DNA from: Balanoglossus misakiensis | Lineage: Eukaryota; Animalia; Hemichordata | Length of the DNA: 64,000 nt | Assembly: GCA_040954595.2 (NCBI GenBank) | Contig: CM082596.2 | Span: 4,271,025 to 4,335,024 of the forward strand | Direction of reading: 5' to 3' | Shown: one piece after another, positions 15,001 through 29,000 of the stretch | How positions within the stretch are numbered: position 1 is the first letter of the stretch | Layout: every line of letters begins with the position of its first letter | The notes under the pieces: generated by a model | What the model saw: only the letters and a program-made list of their open reading frames with translations | What the model was told of the DNA's origin: nothing | Databases searched by the model: none | Program-made: the position numbers and the translations under genes

Positions 15001-18000
15001 TTGAGGTTTCTGGACGATTTTCATGAGCTATAACCCATGATTTTTATCAAAAAATCACCAAATTTTAAAAATTCGCGAAGTCGAAAAATTGAGGTTTCTG
15101 GACGATTTTCATGGGCTATAACCCATGATTTTTTTCAAAAAATCACCAAATTTTGAAAATTCGCGAAGTCGAAAAATTGAGGTTTCTGGACGATTTTCAT
15201 GAGCTATAACCCATGATTTTTATCAAAAAATCACCAAATTTTGAAAATTCGCGAAGTCGAAAAATTGAGGTTTCTGGACGATTTTCATGAGCTATAACCC
15301 ATGATTTTTATCAAAAAATCACCAAATTTTAAAAATTCGCGAAGTCGAAAAATTGAGGTTTCTGGACGATTTTCATGAGCTATAACCCATGATTTTTATC
15401 AAAAAATCACCAAATTTGTAAAATTCCGAAGTAGAAAAATTGAGGTTTCTGGACGATTTTCATGAGCTATAACCCATGATTTTTATCAAAAAATCACCAA
15501 ATTTTGAAAATTCGCGAAGTCGAAAAATTGAGGTTTCTGGACGATTTTCATGAGCTATAACCCATGATTTTTATCAAAAATCACCAACTTTTAAAATTCG
15601 CGAAGTCGAAAAATTGAGGTTTCTGGACGATTTTCATGGGCTATAACCCATGGTTTTTATCAAAAAATCACCAAATTTTGAAAATTCGCGAAGTCGAAAA
15701 ATTGAGGTTTCTGGACGATTTTCATGAGCTATAACCCATGATTTTTATCAAAAAATCACCTAATTTTGAAAATTCGCGAAGTCGAAAAATTGAGGTTTCT
15801 GGACGATTTTCATGGGCTATAACACATGATTTTTATCAAAAAATCACCAAATTTTGAAAATTCGCGAAGTCGAAAAATTGAGGTTTCTGGACGATTTTCA
15901 TGAGCTATAACCCATGATTTTTATCAAAAAATCACCAAATTTTAAAAATTCGCGAAGTCGAAAAATTGAGGTTTCTGGACGATTTTCATGAGCTATAACC
16001 CATGATTTTTATCAAAAAATCACCAAATTTTGAAAATTCCGAAGTCGAAAAATTGAGGTTTCTGGACGATTTTCATGAGCTATAACCCATGATTTTTATC
16101 AAAAAATCACCAAATTTTGAAAATTCTCGAATTCGAAAAATTGAGGTTTCTGGACGATTTTCATGGGCTATAACCCATGGTTTTTATCAGAAAATGACCA
16201 GATTTTGAAAATTCGCGAAGTCGAAAAATTGAGGTTTCTGGACGATTTTCATGGGCTATAACCCATGGTTTTTATCAAAAAATCACCAAATTTTAAAAAT
16301 TCGCGAAGTCGAAAAATTGAGGTTTCTGGACGATTTTCATGAGCTATAACCCATGGTTTTTATCAAAAAATCACCAAATTTTAAAAATTCGCGAAGTCCA
16401 AAAATTGAGGTTTCTGGACGATTTTCATGAGCTATAACCCATGATTTTTATCAAAAAATCACCAAATTTTAAAAATTCGCGAAGTCGAAAAATTGAGGTT
16501 TCTGGACGATTTTCATGAGCTATAACCCATGATTTTTATCAAAAAATCACCAAATTTTGAAAATTCCGAAGTCGAAAAATTGAGGTTTCTGGACGATTTT
16601 CATGAGCTATAACCCATGATTTTTATCAAAAAATCACCAAATTTTGAAAATTCCGAAGTCGAAAAATTGAGGTTTCTGGACGATTTTCATGAGCTATAAC
16701 CCATGATTTTTATCAAAAAATCACCAAATTTTGAAAATTCGCGAAGTCGAAAAATTGAGGTTTCTGGACGATTTTCATGAGCTATAACCCATGATTTTTA
16801 TCAAAAAATCACCAAATTTTAAAATCGCGAAGTCGAAAAATTGAGGTTTCTGGACGATTTTCATGGGCTATAACCCATGGTTTTTATCAAAAAATCACCA
16901 AATTTTGAAAATTCGCGAAGTCGAAAAATTGAGGTTTCTGGACGATTTTCATGGGCTATAACCCATGGTTTTTATCAAAAAATCACCAAATTTTAAAAAT
17001 TCGCGAAGTCGAAAAATTGAGGTTTCTGGACGATTTTCATGGGCTATAACCCATGGTTTTTATCAAAAAATCACCAAATTTTGAAAATTCGCGAAGTCGA
17101 AAAATTGAGGTTTCTGGACGATTTTCATGAGCTATAACCCATGATTTTTATCAAAAAATCACCAAATTTTGAAAATTCCGAAGTCGAAAAATTGAGGTTT
17201 CTGGACGATTTTCATGAGCTATAACCCATGATTTTTATCAAAAAATCACCAAATTTTAAAAATTCGCGAAGTCGAAAAATTGAGGTTTCTGGACGATTTT
17301 CATGGGCTATAACCCATGGTTTTTATCAAAAAATCACCAAATTTTGAAAATTCGCGAAGTCGAAAAATTGAGGTTTCTGGACGATTTTCATGAGCTATAA
17401 CCCATGATTTTTATCAAAAAATCACCAAATTTTGAAAATTCCGAAGTCGAAAAATTGAGGTTTCTGGACGATTTTCATGAGCTATAACCCATGATTTTTA
17501 TCAAAAAATCACCAAATTTTGAAAATTCCGAAGTCGAAAAATTGAGGTTTCTGGACGATTTTCATGAGCTATAACCCATGATTTTTATCAAAAAATCACC
17601 AAATTTTAAAAATTCGCGAAGTCGAAAAATTGAGGTTTCTGGACGATTTTCATGGGCTATAACCCATGGTTTTTATCAAAAATCACCAAATTTTGAAAAT
17701 TCGCGAAGTCGAAAAATTGAGGTTTCTGGACGATTTTCATGGGCTATAACCCATGGTTTTTATCAAAAAATCACCAAATTTTAAAAATTCGCGAAGTCGA
17801 AAAATTGAGGTTTCTGGACGATTTTCATGGGCTATAACCCATGGTTTTTATCAAAAAATCACCAAATTTTGAAAATTCTCGAATTCGAAAAATTGAGTTT
17901 TCTGGACGATTTTCATGAGCTATAACCCATGATTTTTATCAAAAAATCACCAAATTTTGAAAATTCCGAAGTCGAAAAATTGAGGTTTCTGGACGATTTT

Positions 18001-21000
18001 CATGAGCTATAACCCATGATTTTTATCAAAAAATCACCAAATTTTAAAAATTCGCGAAGTCGAAAAATTGAGGTTTCTGGACGATTTTCATGGGCTATAA
18101 CCCATGGTTTTTATCAAAAAATCACCAAATTTTGAAAATTCGCGAAGTCGAAAAATTGAGGTTTCTGGACGATTTTCATGGGCTATAACCCATGGTTTTT
18201 ATTAAAAAATCACCAAATTTTAAAAATTCGCGAAGTCGAAAAATTGAGGTTTCTGGACGATTTTCATGAGCTATAACCCATGATTTTTATCAAAAAATCA
18301 CCAAATTTTGAAAATTCCGAAGTCGAAAAATTGAGGTTTCTGGACGATTTTCATGAGCTATAACCCATGATTTTTATCAAAAAATCACCAAATTTTGAAA
18401 ATTCGCGAAGTCGAAAAATTGAGGTTTCTGGACGATTTTCATGAGCTATAACCCATGATTTTTATCAAAAAATCACCAAATTTTAAAAATTCGCGAAGTA
18501 GAAAAATTGAGGTTTCTGGACGATTTTCATGAGCTATAACCCATGATTTTTATCAAAAAATCACCAAATTTTGAAAATTCGCGAAGTCGAAAAATTGAGG
18601 TTTCTGGACGATTTTCATGGGCTATAACCCATGGTTTTTATCAAAAAATCACCAAATTTTAAAAATTCGCGAAGTCGAAAAATTGAGGTTTCTGGACGAT
18701 TTTCATGGGCTATAACCCATGGTTTTTATCAAAAAATCACCAAATTTTGAAAATTCGCGAAGTCGAAAAATTGAGGTTTCTGGACGATTTTCATGAGCTA
18801 TAACCCATGATTTTTATCAAAAAATCACCAAATTTTGAAAATTCCGAAGTCGAAAAATTGAGGTTTCTGGACGATTTTCATGAGCTATAACCCATGATTT
18901 TTATCAAAAAATCACCAAATTTTAAAAATTCGCGAAGTCGAAAAATTGAGGTTTCTGGACGATTTTCATGGGCTATAACCCATGGTTTTTATCAAAAAAT
19001 CACCAAATTTTGAAAATTCGCGAAGTCGAAAAATTGAGGTTTCTGGACGATTTTCATGAGCTATAACCCATGATTTTTATCAAAAAATCACCAAATTTTG
19101 AAAATTCCGAAGTCGAAAAATTGAGGTTTCTGGACGATTTTCATGAGCTATAACCCATGATTTTTATCAAAAAATCACCAAATTTTGAAAATTCCGAAGT
19201 CGAAAAATTGAGGTTTCTGGACGATTTTCATGAGCTATAACCCATGATTTTTATCAAAAAATCACCAAATTTTAAAAATTCGCGAAGTCGAAAAATTGAG
19301 GTTTCTGGACGATTTTCATGGGCTATAACCCATGGTTTTTATCAAAAATCACCAAATTTTGAAAATTCGCGAAGTCGAAAAATTGAGGTTTCTGGACGAT
19401 TTTCATGGGCTATAACCCATGGTTTTTATCAAAAAATCACCAAATTTTGAAAATTCTCGAATTCGAAAAATTGAGTTTTCTGGACGATTTTCATGAGCTA
19501 TAACCCATGATTTTTATCAAAAAATCACCAAATTTTGAAAATTCCGAAGTCGAAAAATTGAGGTTTCTGGACGATTTTCATGAGCTATAACCCATGATTT
19601 TTATCAAAAAATCACCAAATTTTAAAAATTCGCGAAGTCGAAAAATTGAGGTTTCTGGACGATTTTCATGGGCTATAACCCATGGTTTTTATCAAAAAAT
19701 CACCAAATTTTGAAAATTCGCGAAGTCGAAAAATTGAGGTTTCTGGACGATTTTCATGGGCTATAACCCATGGTTTTTATTAAAAAATCACCAAATTTTA
19801 AAAATTCGCGAAGTCGAAAAATTGAGGTTTCTGGACGATTTTCATGAGCTATAACCCATGATTTTTATCAAAAAATCACCAAATTTTGAAAATTCCGAAG
19901 TCGAAAAATTGAGGTTTCTGGACGATTTTCATGAGCTATAACCCATGATTTTTATCAAAAAATCACCAAATTTTGAAAATTCGCGAAGTCGAAAAATTGA
20001 GGTTTCTGGACGATTTTCATGAGCTATAACCCATGATTTTTATCAAAAAATCACCAAATTTTAAAAATTCGCGAAGTAGAAAAATTGAGGTTTCTGGACG
20101 ATTTTCATGAGCTATAACCCATGATTTTTATCAAAAAATCACCAAATTTTGAAAATTCGCGAAGTCGAAAAATTGAGGTTTCTGGACGATTTTCATGAGC
20201 TATAACCCATGATTTTTATCAAAAAATCACCAAATTTTAAAAATTCGCGAAGTCGAAAAATTGAGGTTTCTGGACGATTTTCATGGGCTATAACCCATGG
20301 TTTTTATCAAAAAATCACCAAATTTTAAAAATTCGCGAAGTCGAAAAATTGAGGTTTCTGGACGATTTTCATGGGCTATAACCCATGGTTTTTATCAAAA
20401 AATCACCAAATTTTGAAAATTCTCGAATTCGAAAAATTGAGTTTTCTGGACGATTTTCATGGGCTATAACCCATGGTTTTTATCAAAAAATGACCAGATT
20501 TTGAAAATTCGCGAAGTCGAAAAATTGAGGTTTCTGGACGATTTTCATGAGCTATAACCCATGATTTTTATCAAAAAATCACCAAATTTTAAAAATTCGC
20601 GAAGTCGAAAAATTGAGGTTTCTGGACGATTTTCATGGGCTATAACCCATGGTTTTTATCAAAAAATCACCAAATTTTGAAAATTCGCGAAGTCGAAAAA
20701 TTGAGGTTTCTGGACGATTTTCATGAGCTATAACCCATGATTTTTATCAAAAAATCACCAAATTTTGAAAATTCCGAAGTCGAAAAATTGAGGTTTCTGG
20801 ACGATTTTCATGAGCTATAACCCATGATTTTTATCAAAAAATCACCAAATTTTAAAAATTCGGGAAGTCGAAAAATTGAGGTTTCTGGACGATTTTCAAG
20901 GGCTATAACCCATGGTTTTTATTAAAAAATCACCAAATTTTAAAAATTCGCGAAGTCGAAAAATTGAGGTTTCTGGACGATTTTCATGAGCTATAACCCA

Positions 21001-23036
21001 TGATTTTTATCAAAAAATCACCAAATTTTGAAAATTCCGAAGTCGAAAAATTGAGGTTTCTGGACGATTTTCATGAGCTATAACCCATGATTTTTATCAA
21101 AAAATCACCAAATTTTAAAAATTCGCGAAGTAGAAAAATTGAGGTTTCTGGACGATTTTCATGAGCTATAACCCATGATTTTTATCAAAAAATCACCAAA
21201 TTTTGAAAATTCGCGAAGTCGAAAAATTGAGGTTTCTGGACGATTTTCCTGAGCTATAACCCATGATTTTTATCAAAAAATCACCAAATTTTAAAAATTC
21301 GCGAAGTCGAAAAATTGAGGTTTCTGGACGATTTTCATGAGCTATAACCCATGATTTTTATCAAAAAATCACCAAATTTTGAAAATTCGCGAAGTCGAAA
21401 AATTGAGGTTTCTGGACGATTTTCATGAGCTATAACCCATGATTTTTATCAAAAAATCACCAAATTTTAAAAATTCGCGAAGTCGAAAAATTGAGGTTTC
21501 TGGACGATTTTCATGGGCTATAACCCATGGTTTTTATCAAAAAATCACCAAATTTTGAAAATTCGCGAAGTCGAAAAATTGAGGTTTCTGGACGATTTTC
21601 ATGAGCTATAACCCATGGTTTTTATCAAAAAATCACCAAATTTCAAAAATTCGCGAAGTCGAAAAATTGAGGTTTCTGGACGATTTTCATGGGCTATAAC
21701 CCATGGTTTTTATCAAAAAATCACCAAATTTTAAAAATTCGCGAAGTCGAAAAATTGAGGTTTCTGGACGATTTTCATGAGCTATAACCCATGATTTTTA
21801 TCAAAAAATCACCAAATTTTGAAAATTCCGAAGTCGAAAAATTGAGGTTTCTGGACGATTTTCATGAGCTATAACCCATGATTTTTATCAAAAAATCACC
21901 AAATTTTGAAAATTCGCGAAGTCGAAAAATTGAGGTTTCTGAACGATTTTCATGAGCTATAACCCATGATTTTTATCAAAAAATCACCAAATTTTAAAAA
22001 TTCGCGAAGTCGAAAAATTGAGGTTTCTGGACGATTTTCATGAGCTATAACCCATGATTTTTATCAAAAAATCACCAAATTTTGAAAATTCGCGAAGTCG
22101 AAAAATTGAGGTTTCTGGACGATTTTCATGAGCTATAACCCATGATTTTTATCAAAAAATCACCAAATTTTAAAAATTCGCGAAGTCGAAAAATTGAGGT
22201 TTCTGGACGATTTTCATGAGCTATAACCCATGATTTTTATCAAAAAATCACCAAATTTTAAAAATTCGCGAAGTCGAAAAATTGAGGTTTCTGGACGATT
22301 TTCATGAGCTATAACCCATGATTTTTATCAAAAAATCACCAAATTTTGAAAAATTCCGAAGTCGAAAAATTGAGGTTTCTGGACGATTTTCATGAGCTAT
22401 AACCCATGATTTTTATCAAAAAATCACCAAATTTTGAAAATTCCGAAGTCGAAAAATTGAGGTTTCTGGACGATTTTCATGAGCTATAACCCATGATTTT
22501 TATCAAAAAATCACCAAATTTTGAAAATTCGCGAAGTCGAAAAATTGAGGTTTCTGGACGATTTTCATGAGCTATAACCCATGATTTTTATCAAAAAATC
22601 ACCAAATTTTAAAAATTCGCGAAGTCGAAAAATTGAGGTTTCTGGACGATTTTCATGGGCTATAACCCATGGTTTTTATCAAAAAATCACCAAATTTTGA
22701 AAATTCGCGAAGTCGAAAAATTGAGGTTTCTGGACGATTTTCATGAGCTATAACCCATGGTTTTTATCAAAAAATCACCAAATTTCAAAAATTCGCGAAG
22801 TCGAAAAATTGAGGTTTCTGGACGATTTTCATGGGCTATAACCCATGGTTTTTATCAAAAAATCACCAAATTTTGAAAATTCTCGAATTCGAAAAATTGA
22901 GTTTTCTGGACGATTTTCATGGGCTATAACCCATGGTTTTTATCAAAAAATGACCAGATTTTGAAAATTCGCGAAGTCGAAAAATTGAGGTTTCTGGACG
23001 ATTTTCATGAGCTATAACCCATGGTTTTTATCCAAA
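68..23036 (+). repeat. 88-bp satellite array, left arm (~260 units)
   Basis: AAAAATTGAG recurs at 161, 249, 337 (period 88). Consensus AAAAATTGAGGTTTCTGGACGATTTTCATGRGCTATAACCCATGRTTTTTATCAAAAAATCACCAAATTTTRAAAATTCGCGAAGTCG. 87-bp variants (TTCCGAAG for TTCGCGAAG) are common. Confidence 0.99.
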
Positions 23037-26000
23037 TCATGGGTTATAGCTCATGAAAATCGTCCAGAAACCTCAATTTTTCGACTTCGCAAATTTTCAA
23101 AATTTGGTGATTTTTTGATAAAAATCATGGGTTATAGCTCATGAAAATCGTCCAGAAACCTCAATTTTTCGACTTCGCGAATTTTCAAAATTTGGTGATT
23201 TTTGGATAAAAACCATGGGTTATAGCCCATGAAAATCGTCCAGAAACCTCAATTTTTCGACTTCGCGAATTTTTAAAATTTGGTGATTTTTTGATAAAAA
23301 TCATGGGTTATAGCTCATGAAAATCGTCCAGAAACCTCAATTTTTCGACTTCGCGAATTTTCAAAATTTGGTGATTTTTTGATAAAAATCATGGGTTATA
23401 GCTCATGAAAATCGTCCAGAAACCTCAATTTTTCGACTTCGCGAATTTTCAAAATTTGGTGATTTTTTGATAAAAATCATGGGTTATAGCTCATGAAAAT
23501 CGTCCAGAAACCTCAATTTTTCGACTTCGGAATTTTCAAAATTTGGTGATTTTTTGATAAAAATCATGGGTTATAGCTCATGAAAATCGTCCAGAAACCT
23601 CAATTTTTCGACTTCGCGAATTTTTAAAATTTGGTGATTTTTGATAAAAATCATGGGTTATAGCTCATGAAAATCGTCCAGAAACCTCAATTTTTCGACT
23701 TCGCGAATTTTCAAAATTTGGTGATTTTTTGATAAAAATCATGGGTTATAGCTCATGAAAATCGTCCAGAAACCTCAATTTTTCGACTTCGGAATTTTCA
23801 AAATTTGGTGATTTTTTGATAAAAATCATGGGTTATAGCTCATGAAAATCGTCCAGAAACCTCAATTTTTCGACTTCGGAATTTTCAAAATTTGGTGATT
23901 TTTTGATAAAAATCATGGGTTATAGCTCATGAAAATCGTCCAGAAACCTCAATTTTTCGACTTCGCGAATTTTCAACATTTGGTGATTTTTTGATAAAAA
24001 CCATGGGTTATAGCCCATGAAAATCGTCCAGAAACCTCAATTTTTCGACTTCGCGAATTTTTAAAATTTGGTGATTTTTTGATAAAAATCATGGGTTATA
24101 GCTCATGAAAATCGTCCAGAAACCTCAATTTTTCGACTTCGCGAATTTTTAAAATTTGGTGATTTTTTGATAAAAATCATGGGTTATAGCTCATGAAAAT
24201 CGTCCAGAAACCTCAATTTTACTACTTCGCGAATTTTCAAAATTTGGTGATTTTTTGATAAAAACCATGGGTTATAGCCCATGAAAATCGTCCAGAAACC
24301 TCAATTTTTCGACTTCGCGAATTTTTAAAATTTGGTGATTTTTTGATAAAAATCATGGGTTATAGCTCATGAAAATCGTCCAGAAACCTCAATTTTTCGA
24401 CTTCGCGAATTTTTAAAATTTGGTGATTTTTTGATAAAAATCATGGGTTATAGGTCATGAAAATCGTCCAGAAACCTCAATTTTTCTACTTCGCGAATTT
24501 TCAAAATTTGGTGATTTTTTGATAAAAACCAAGGGTTATAGCCCATGAAAATCGTCCAGAAACCTCAATTTTTCAACTTCGCGAATTTTTAAAATTTGGT
24601 GATTTTTTGATAAAAATCATGGGTTATAGCTCATGAAAATCGTCCAGAAACCTCAATTTTTCGACTTCGCGAATTTTCAAAATTTGGTGATTTTTTGATA
24701 AAAACCATGGGTTATAGCCCATGAAAATCGTCCAGAAACCTCAATTTTTCGACTTCGCGATTTTTAAAATTTGGTGATTTTTTGATAAAAATCATGGGTT
24801 ATAGCTCATGAAAATCGTCCAGAAACCTCAATTTTTCGACTTCGCGAATTTTCAAAATTTGGTGATTTTTTGATAAAAATCATGGGTTATAGCTCATGAA
24901 AATCGTCCAGAAACCTCTATTTTTCGACTTCGGAATTTTCAAAATTTGGTGATTTTTTGATAAAAATCATGGGTTATAGCTCATGAAAATCGTCCAGAAA
25001 CCTCAATTTTTCGACTTCGCGAATTTTTAAAATTTGGTGATTTTTTGATAAAAATCATGGGTTATAGCTCATGAAAATCGTCCAGAAACCTCAATTTTTC
25101 GACTTCGCGAATTTTCAAAATTTGGTGATTTTTTGATAAAAATCATGGGTTATAGCTCATGAAAATCGTCCAGAAACCTCAATTTTTCGACTTCGGAATT
25201 TTCAAAATTTGGTGATTTTTTGATAAAAATCATGGGTTATAGCTCATGAAAATCGTCCAGAAACCTCAATTTTTCGACTTCGCGAATTTTTAAAATTTGG
25301 TGATTTTTTTGATAAAAATCATGGGTTATAGCTCATGAAAATCGTCCAGAAACCTCAATTTTTCGACTTCGCGAATTTTCAAAATTTGGTGATTTTTTGA
25401 TAAAAATCATGGGTTATAGCTCATGAAAATCGTCCAGAAACCTCAATTTTTCGACTTCGGAATTTTCAAAATTTGGTGATTTTTTGATAAAAATCATGGG
25501 TTATAGCTCATGAAAATCGTCCAGAAACCTCAATTTTTCGACTTCGGAATTTTCAAAATTTGGTGATTTTTTGATAAAAATCATGGGTTATAGCTCATGA
25601 AAATCGTCCAGAAACCTCAATTTTTCGACTTCGCGAATTTTCAACATTTGGTGATTTTTTGATAAAAACCATGGGTTATAGCCCATGAAAATCGTCCAGA
25701 AACCTCAATTTTTCGACTTCGCGAATTTTTAAAATTTGGTGATTTTTTGATAAAAATCATGGGTTATAGCTCATGAAAATCGTCCAGAAACCTCAATTTT
25801 TCGACTTCGCGAATTTTTAAAATTTGGTGATTTTTTGATAAAAATCATGGGTTATAGCTCATGAAAATCGTCCAGAAACCTCAATTTTTCGACTTCGCGA
25901 ATTTTCAAAATTTGGTGATTTTTTGATAAAAATCATGGGTTATAGCTCATGAAAATCGTCCAGAAACCTCAATTTTACTACTTCGCGAATTTTCAAAATT

Positions 26001-29000
26001 TGGTGATTTTTTGATAAAAACCATGGGTTATAGCCCATGAAAATCGTCCAGAAACCTCAATTTTTCGACTTCGCGAATTTTTAAAATTTGGTGATTTTTT
26101 GATAAAAATCATGGGTTATAGCTCATGAAAATCGTCCAGAAACCTCAATTTTTCGACTTCGCGAATTTTTAAAATTTGGTGATTTTTTGATAAAAATCAT
26201 GGGTTATAGCTCATGAAAATCGTCCAGAAACCTCAATTTTTCTACTTCGCGAATTTTCAAAATTTGGTGATTTTTTGATAAAAACCATGGGTTATAGCCC
26301 ATGAAAATCGTCCAGAAACCTCAATTTTTCGACTTCGCGAATTTTTAAAATTTGGTGATTTTTTGATAAAAATCATGGGTTATAGCTCATGAAAATCGTC
26401 CAGAAACCTCAATTTTTCGACTTCGCGAATTTTCAAAATTTGGTGATTTTTTGATAAAAACCATGGGTTATAGCCCATGAAAATCGTCCAGAAACCTCAA
26501 TTTTTCGACTTCGCGATTTTTAAAATTTGGTGATTTTTTGATAAAAATCATGGGTTATAGCTCATGAAAATCGTCCAGAAACCTCAATTTTTCGACTTCG
26601 CGAATTTTCAAAATTTGGTGATTTTTTGATAAAAATCATGGGTTATAGCTCATGAAAATCGTCCAGAAACCTCTATTTTTCGACTTCGGAATTTTCAAAA
26701 TTTGGTGATTTTTTGATAAAAATCATGGGTTATAGCTCATGAAAATCGTCCAGAAACCTCAATTTTTCGACTTCGCGAATTTTTAAAATTTGGTGATTTT
26801 TTGATAAAAATCATGGGTTATAGCTCATGAAAATCGTCCAGAAACCTCAATTTTTCGACTTCGCGATTTTTAAAATTTGGTGATTTTTTGATAAAAATCA
26901 TGGGTTATAGCTCATGAAAATCGTCCAGAAACCTCAATTTTTCGACTTCGCGAATTTTCAACATTTGGTGATTTTTTGATAAAAACCATGGGTTATAGCC
27001 CATGAAAATCGTCCAGAAACCTCAATTTTTCGACTTCGCGAATTTTTAAAATTTGGTGATTTTTTGATAAAAATCATGGGTTATAGCTCATGAAAATCGT
27101 CCAGAAACCTCAATTTTTCGACTTCGCGAATTTTTAAAATTTGGTGATTTTTTGATAAAAATCATGGGTTATAGCTCATGAAAATCGTCCAGAAACCTCA
27201 ATTTTTCGACTTCGCGAATTTTCAAAATTTGGTGATTTTTTGATAAAAATCATGGGTTATAGCTCATGAAAATCGTCCAGAAACCTCAATTTTACTACTT
27301 CGCGAATTTTCAAAATTTGGTGATTTTTTGATAAAAACCATGGGTTATAGCCCATGAAAATCGTCCAGAAACCTCAATTTTTCGACTTCGCGAATTTTTA
27401 AAATTTGGTGATTTTTTGATAAAAATCATGGGTTATAGCTCATGAAAATCTTCCAGAAACCTCAATTTTTCGACTTCGCGAATTTTTAAAATTTGGTGAT
27501 TTTTTGATAAAAATCATGGGTTATAGCTCATGAAAATCGTCCAGAAACCTCAATTTTTCTACTTCGCGAATTTTCAAAATTTGGTGATTTTTTGATAAAA
27601 ACCATGGGTTATAGCCCATGAAAATCGTCCAGAAACCTCAATTTTTCGACTTCGCGAATTTTTAAAATTTGGTGATTTTTTGATAAAAATCATGGGTTAT
27701 TGCTCATGAAAATCGTCCAGAAACCTCAATTTTTCGACTTCGCGAATTTTCAAAATTTGGTGATTTTTTGATAAAAACCATGGGTTATAGCCCATGAAAA
27801 TCGTCCAGAAACCTCAATTTTTCGACTTCGCGATTTTTAAAATTTGGTGATTTTTTGATAAAAATCATGGGTTATAGCTCATGAAAATCGTCCAGAAACC
27901 TCAATTTTTCGACTTCGCGAATTTTCAAAATTTGGTGATTTTTTGATAAAAATCATGGGTTATAGCTCATGAAAATCGTCCAGAAACCTCTATTTTTCGA
28001 CTTCGGAATTTTCAAAATTTGGTGATTTTTTGATAAAAATCATGGGTTATAGCTCATGAAAATCGTCCAGAAACCTCAATTTTTCGACTTCGCGAATTTT
28101 TAAAATTTGGTGATTTTTTGATAAAAATCATGGGTTATAGCTCATGAAAATCGTCCAGAAACCTCAATTTTTCGACTTCGCGAATTTTCAAAATTTGGTG
28201 ATTTTTTGATAAAAATCATGGGTTATAGCTCATGAAAATCGTCCAGAAACCTCAATTTTTCGACTTCGGAATTTTCAAAATTTGGTGATTTTTGATAAAA
28301 ATCATGGGTTATAGCTCATGAAAATCGTCCAGAAACCTCAATTTTTCGACTTCGCGAATTTTTAAAATTTGGTGATTTTTTGATAAAAATCATGGGTTAT
28401 AGCTCATGAAAATCGTCCAGAAACCTCAATTTTTCGACTTCGCGAATTTTCAAAATTTGGTGATTTTTTGATAAAAATCATGGGTTATAGCTCATGAAAA
28501 TCGTCCAGAAACCTCAATTTTTCGACTTCGGAATTTTCAAAATTTGGTGATTTTTTGATAAAAATCATGGGTTATAGCTCATGAAAATCGTCCAGAAACC
28601 TCAATTTTTCGACTTCGGAATTTTCAAAATTTGGTGATTTTTTGATAAAAATCATGGGTTATAGCTCATGAAAATCGTCCAGAAACCTCAATTTTTCGAC
28701 TTCGCGAATTTTCAACATTTGGTGATTTTTTGATAAAAACCATGGGTTATAGCCCATGAAAATCGTCCAGAAACCTCAATTTTTCGACTTCGCGAATTTT
28801 TAAAATTTGGTGATTTTTTGATAAAAATCATGGGTTATAGCTCATGAAAATCGTCCAGAAACCTCAATTTTTCGACTTCGCGAATTTTTAAAATTTGGTG
28901 ATTTTTTGATAAAAATCATGGGTTATAGCTCATGAAAATCGTCCAGAAACCTCAATTTTTCGACTTCGCGAATTTTCAAAATTTGGTGATTTTTTGATAA

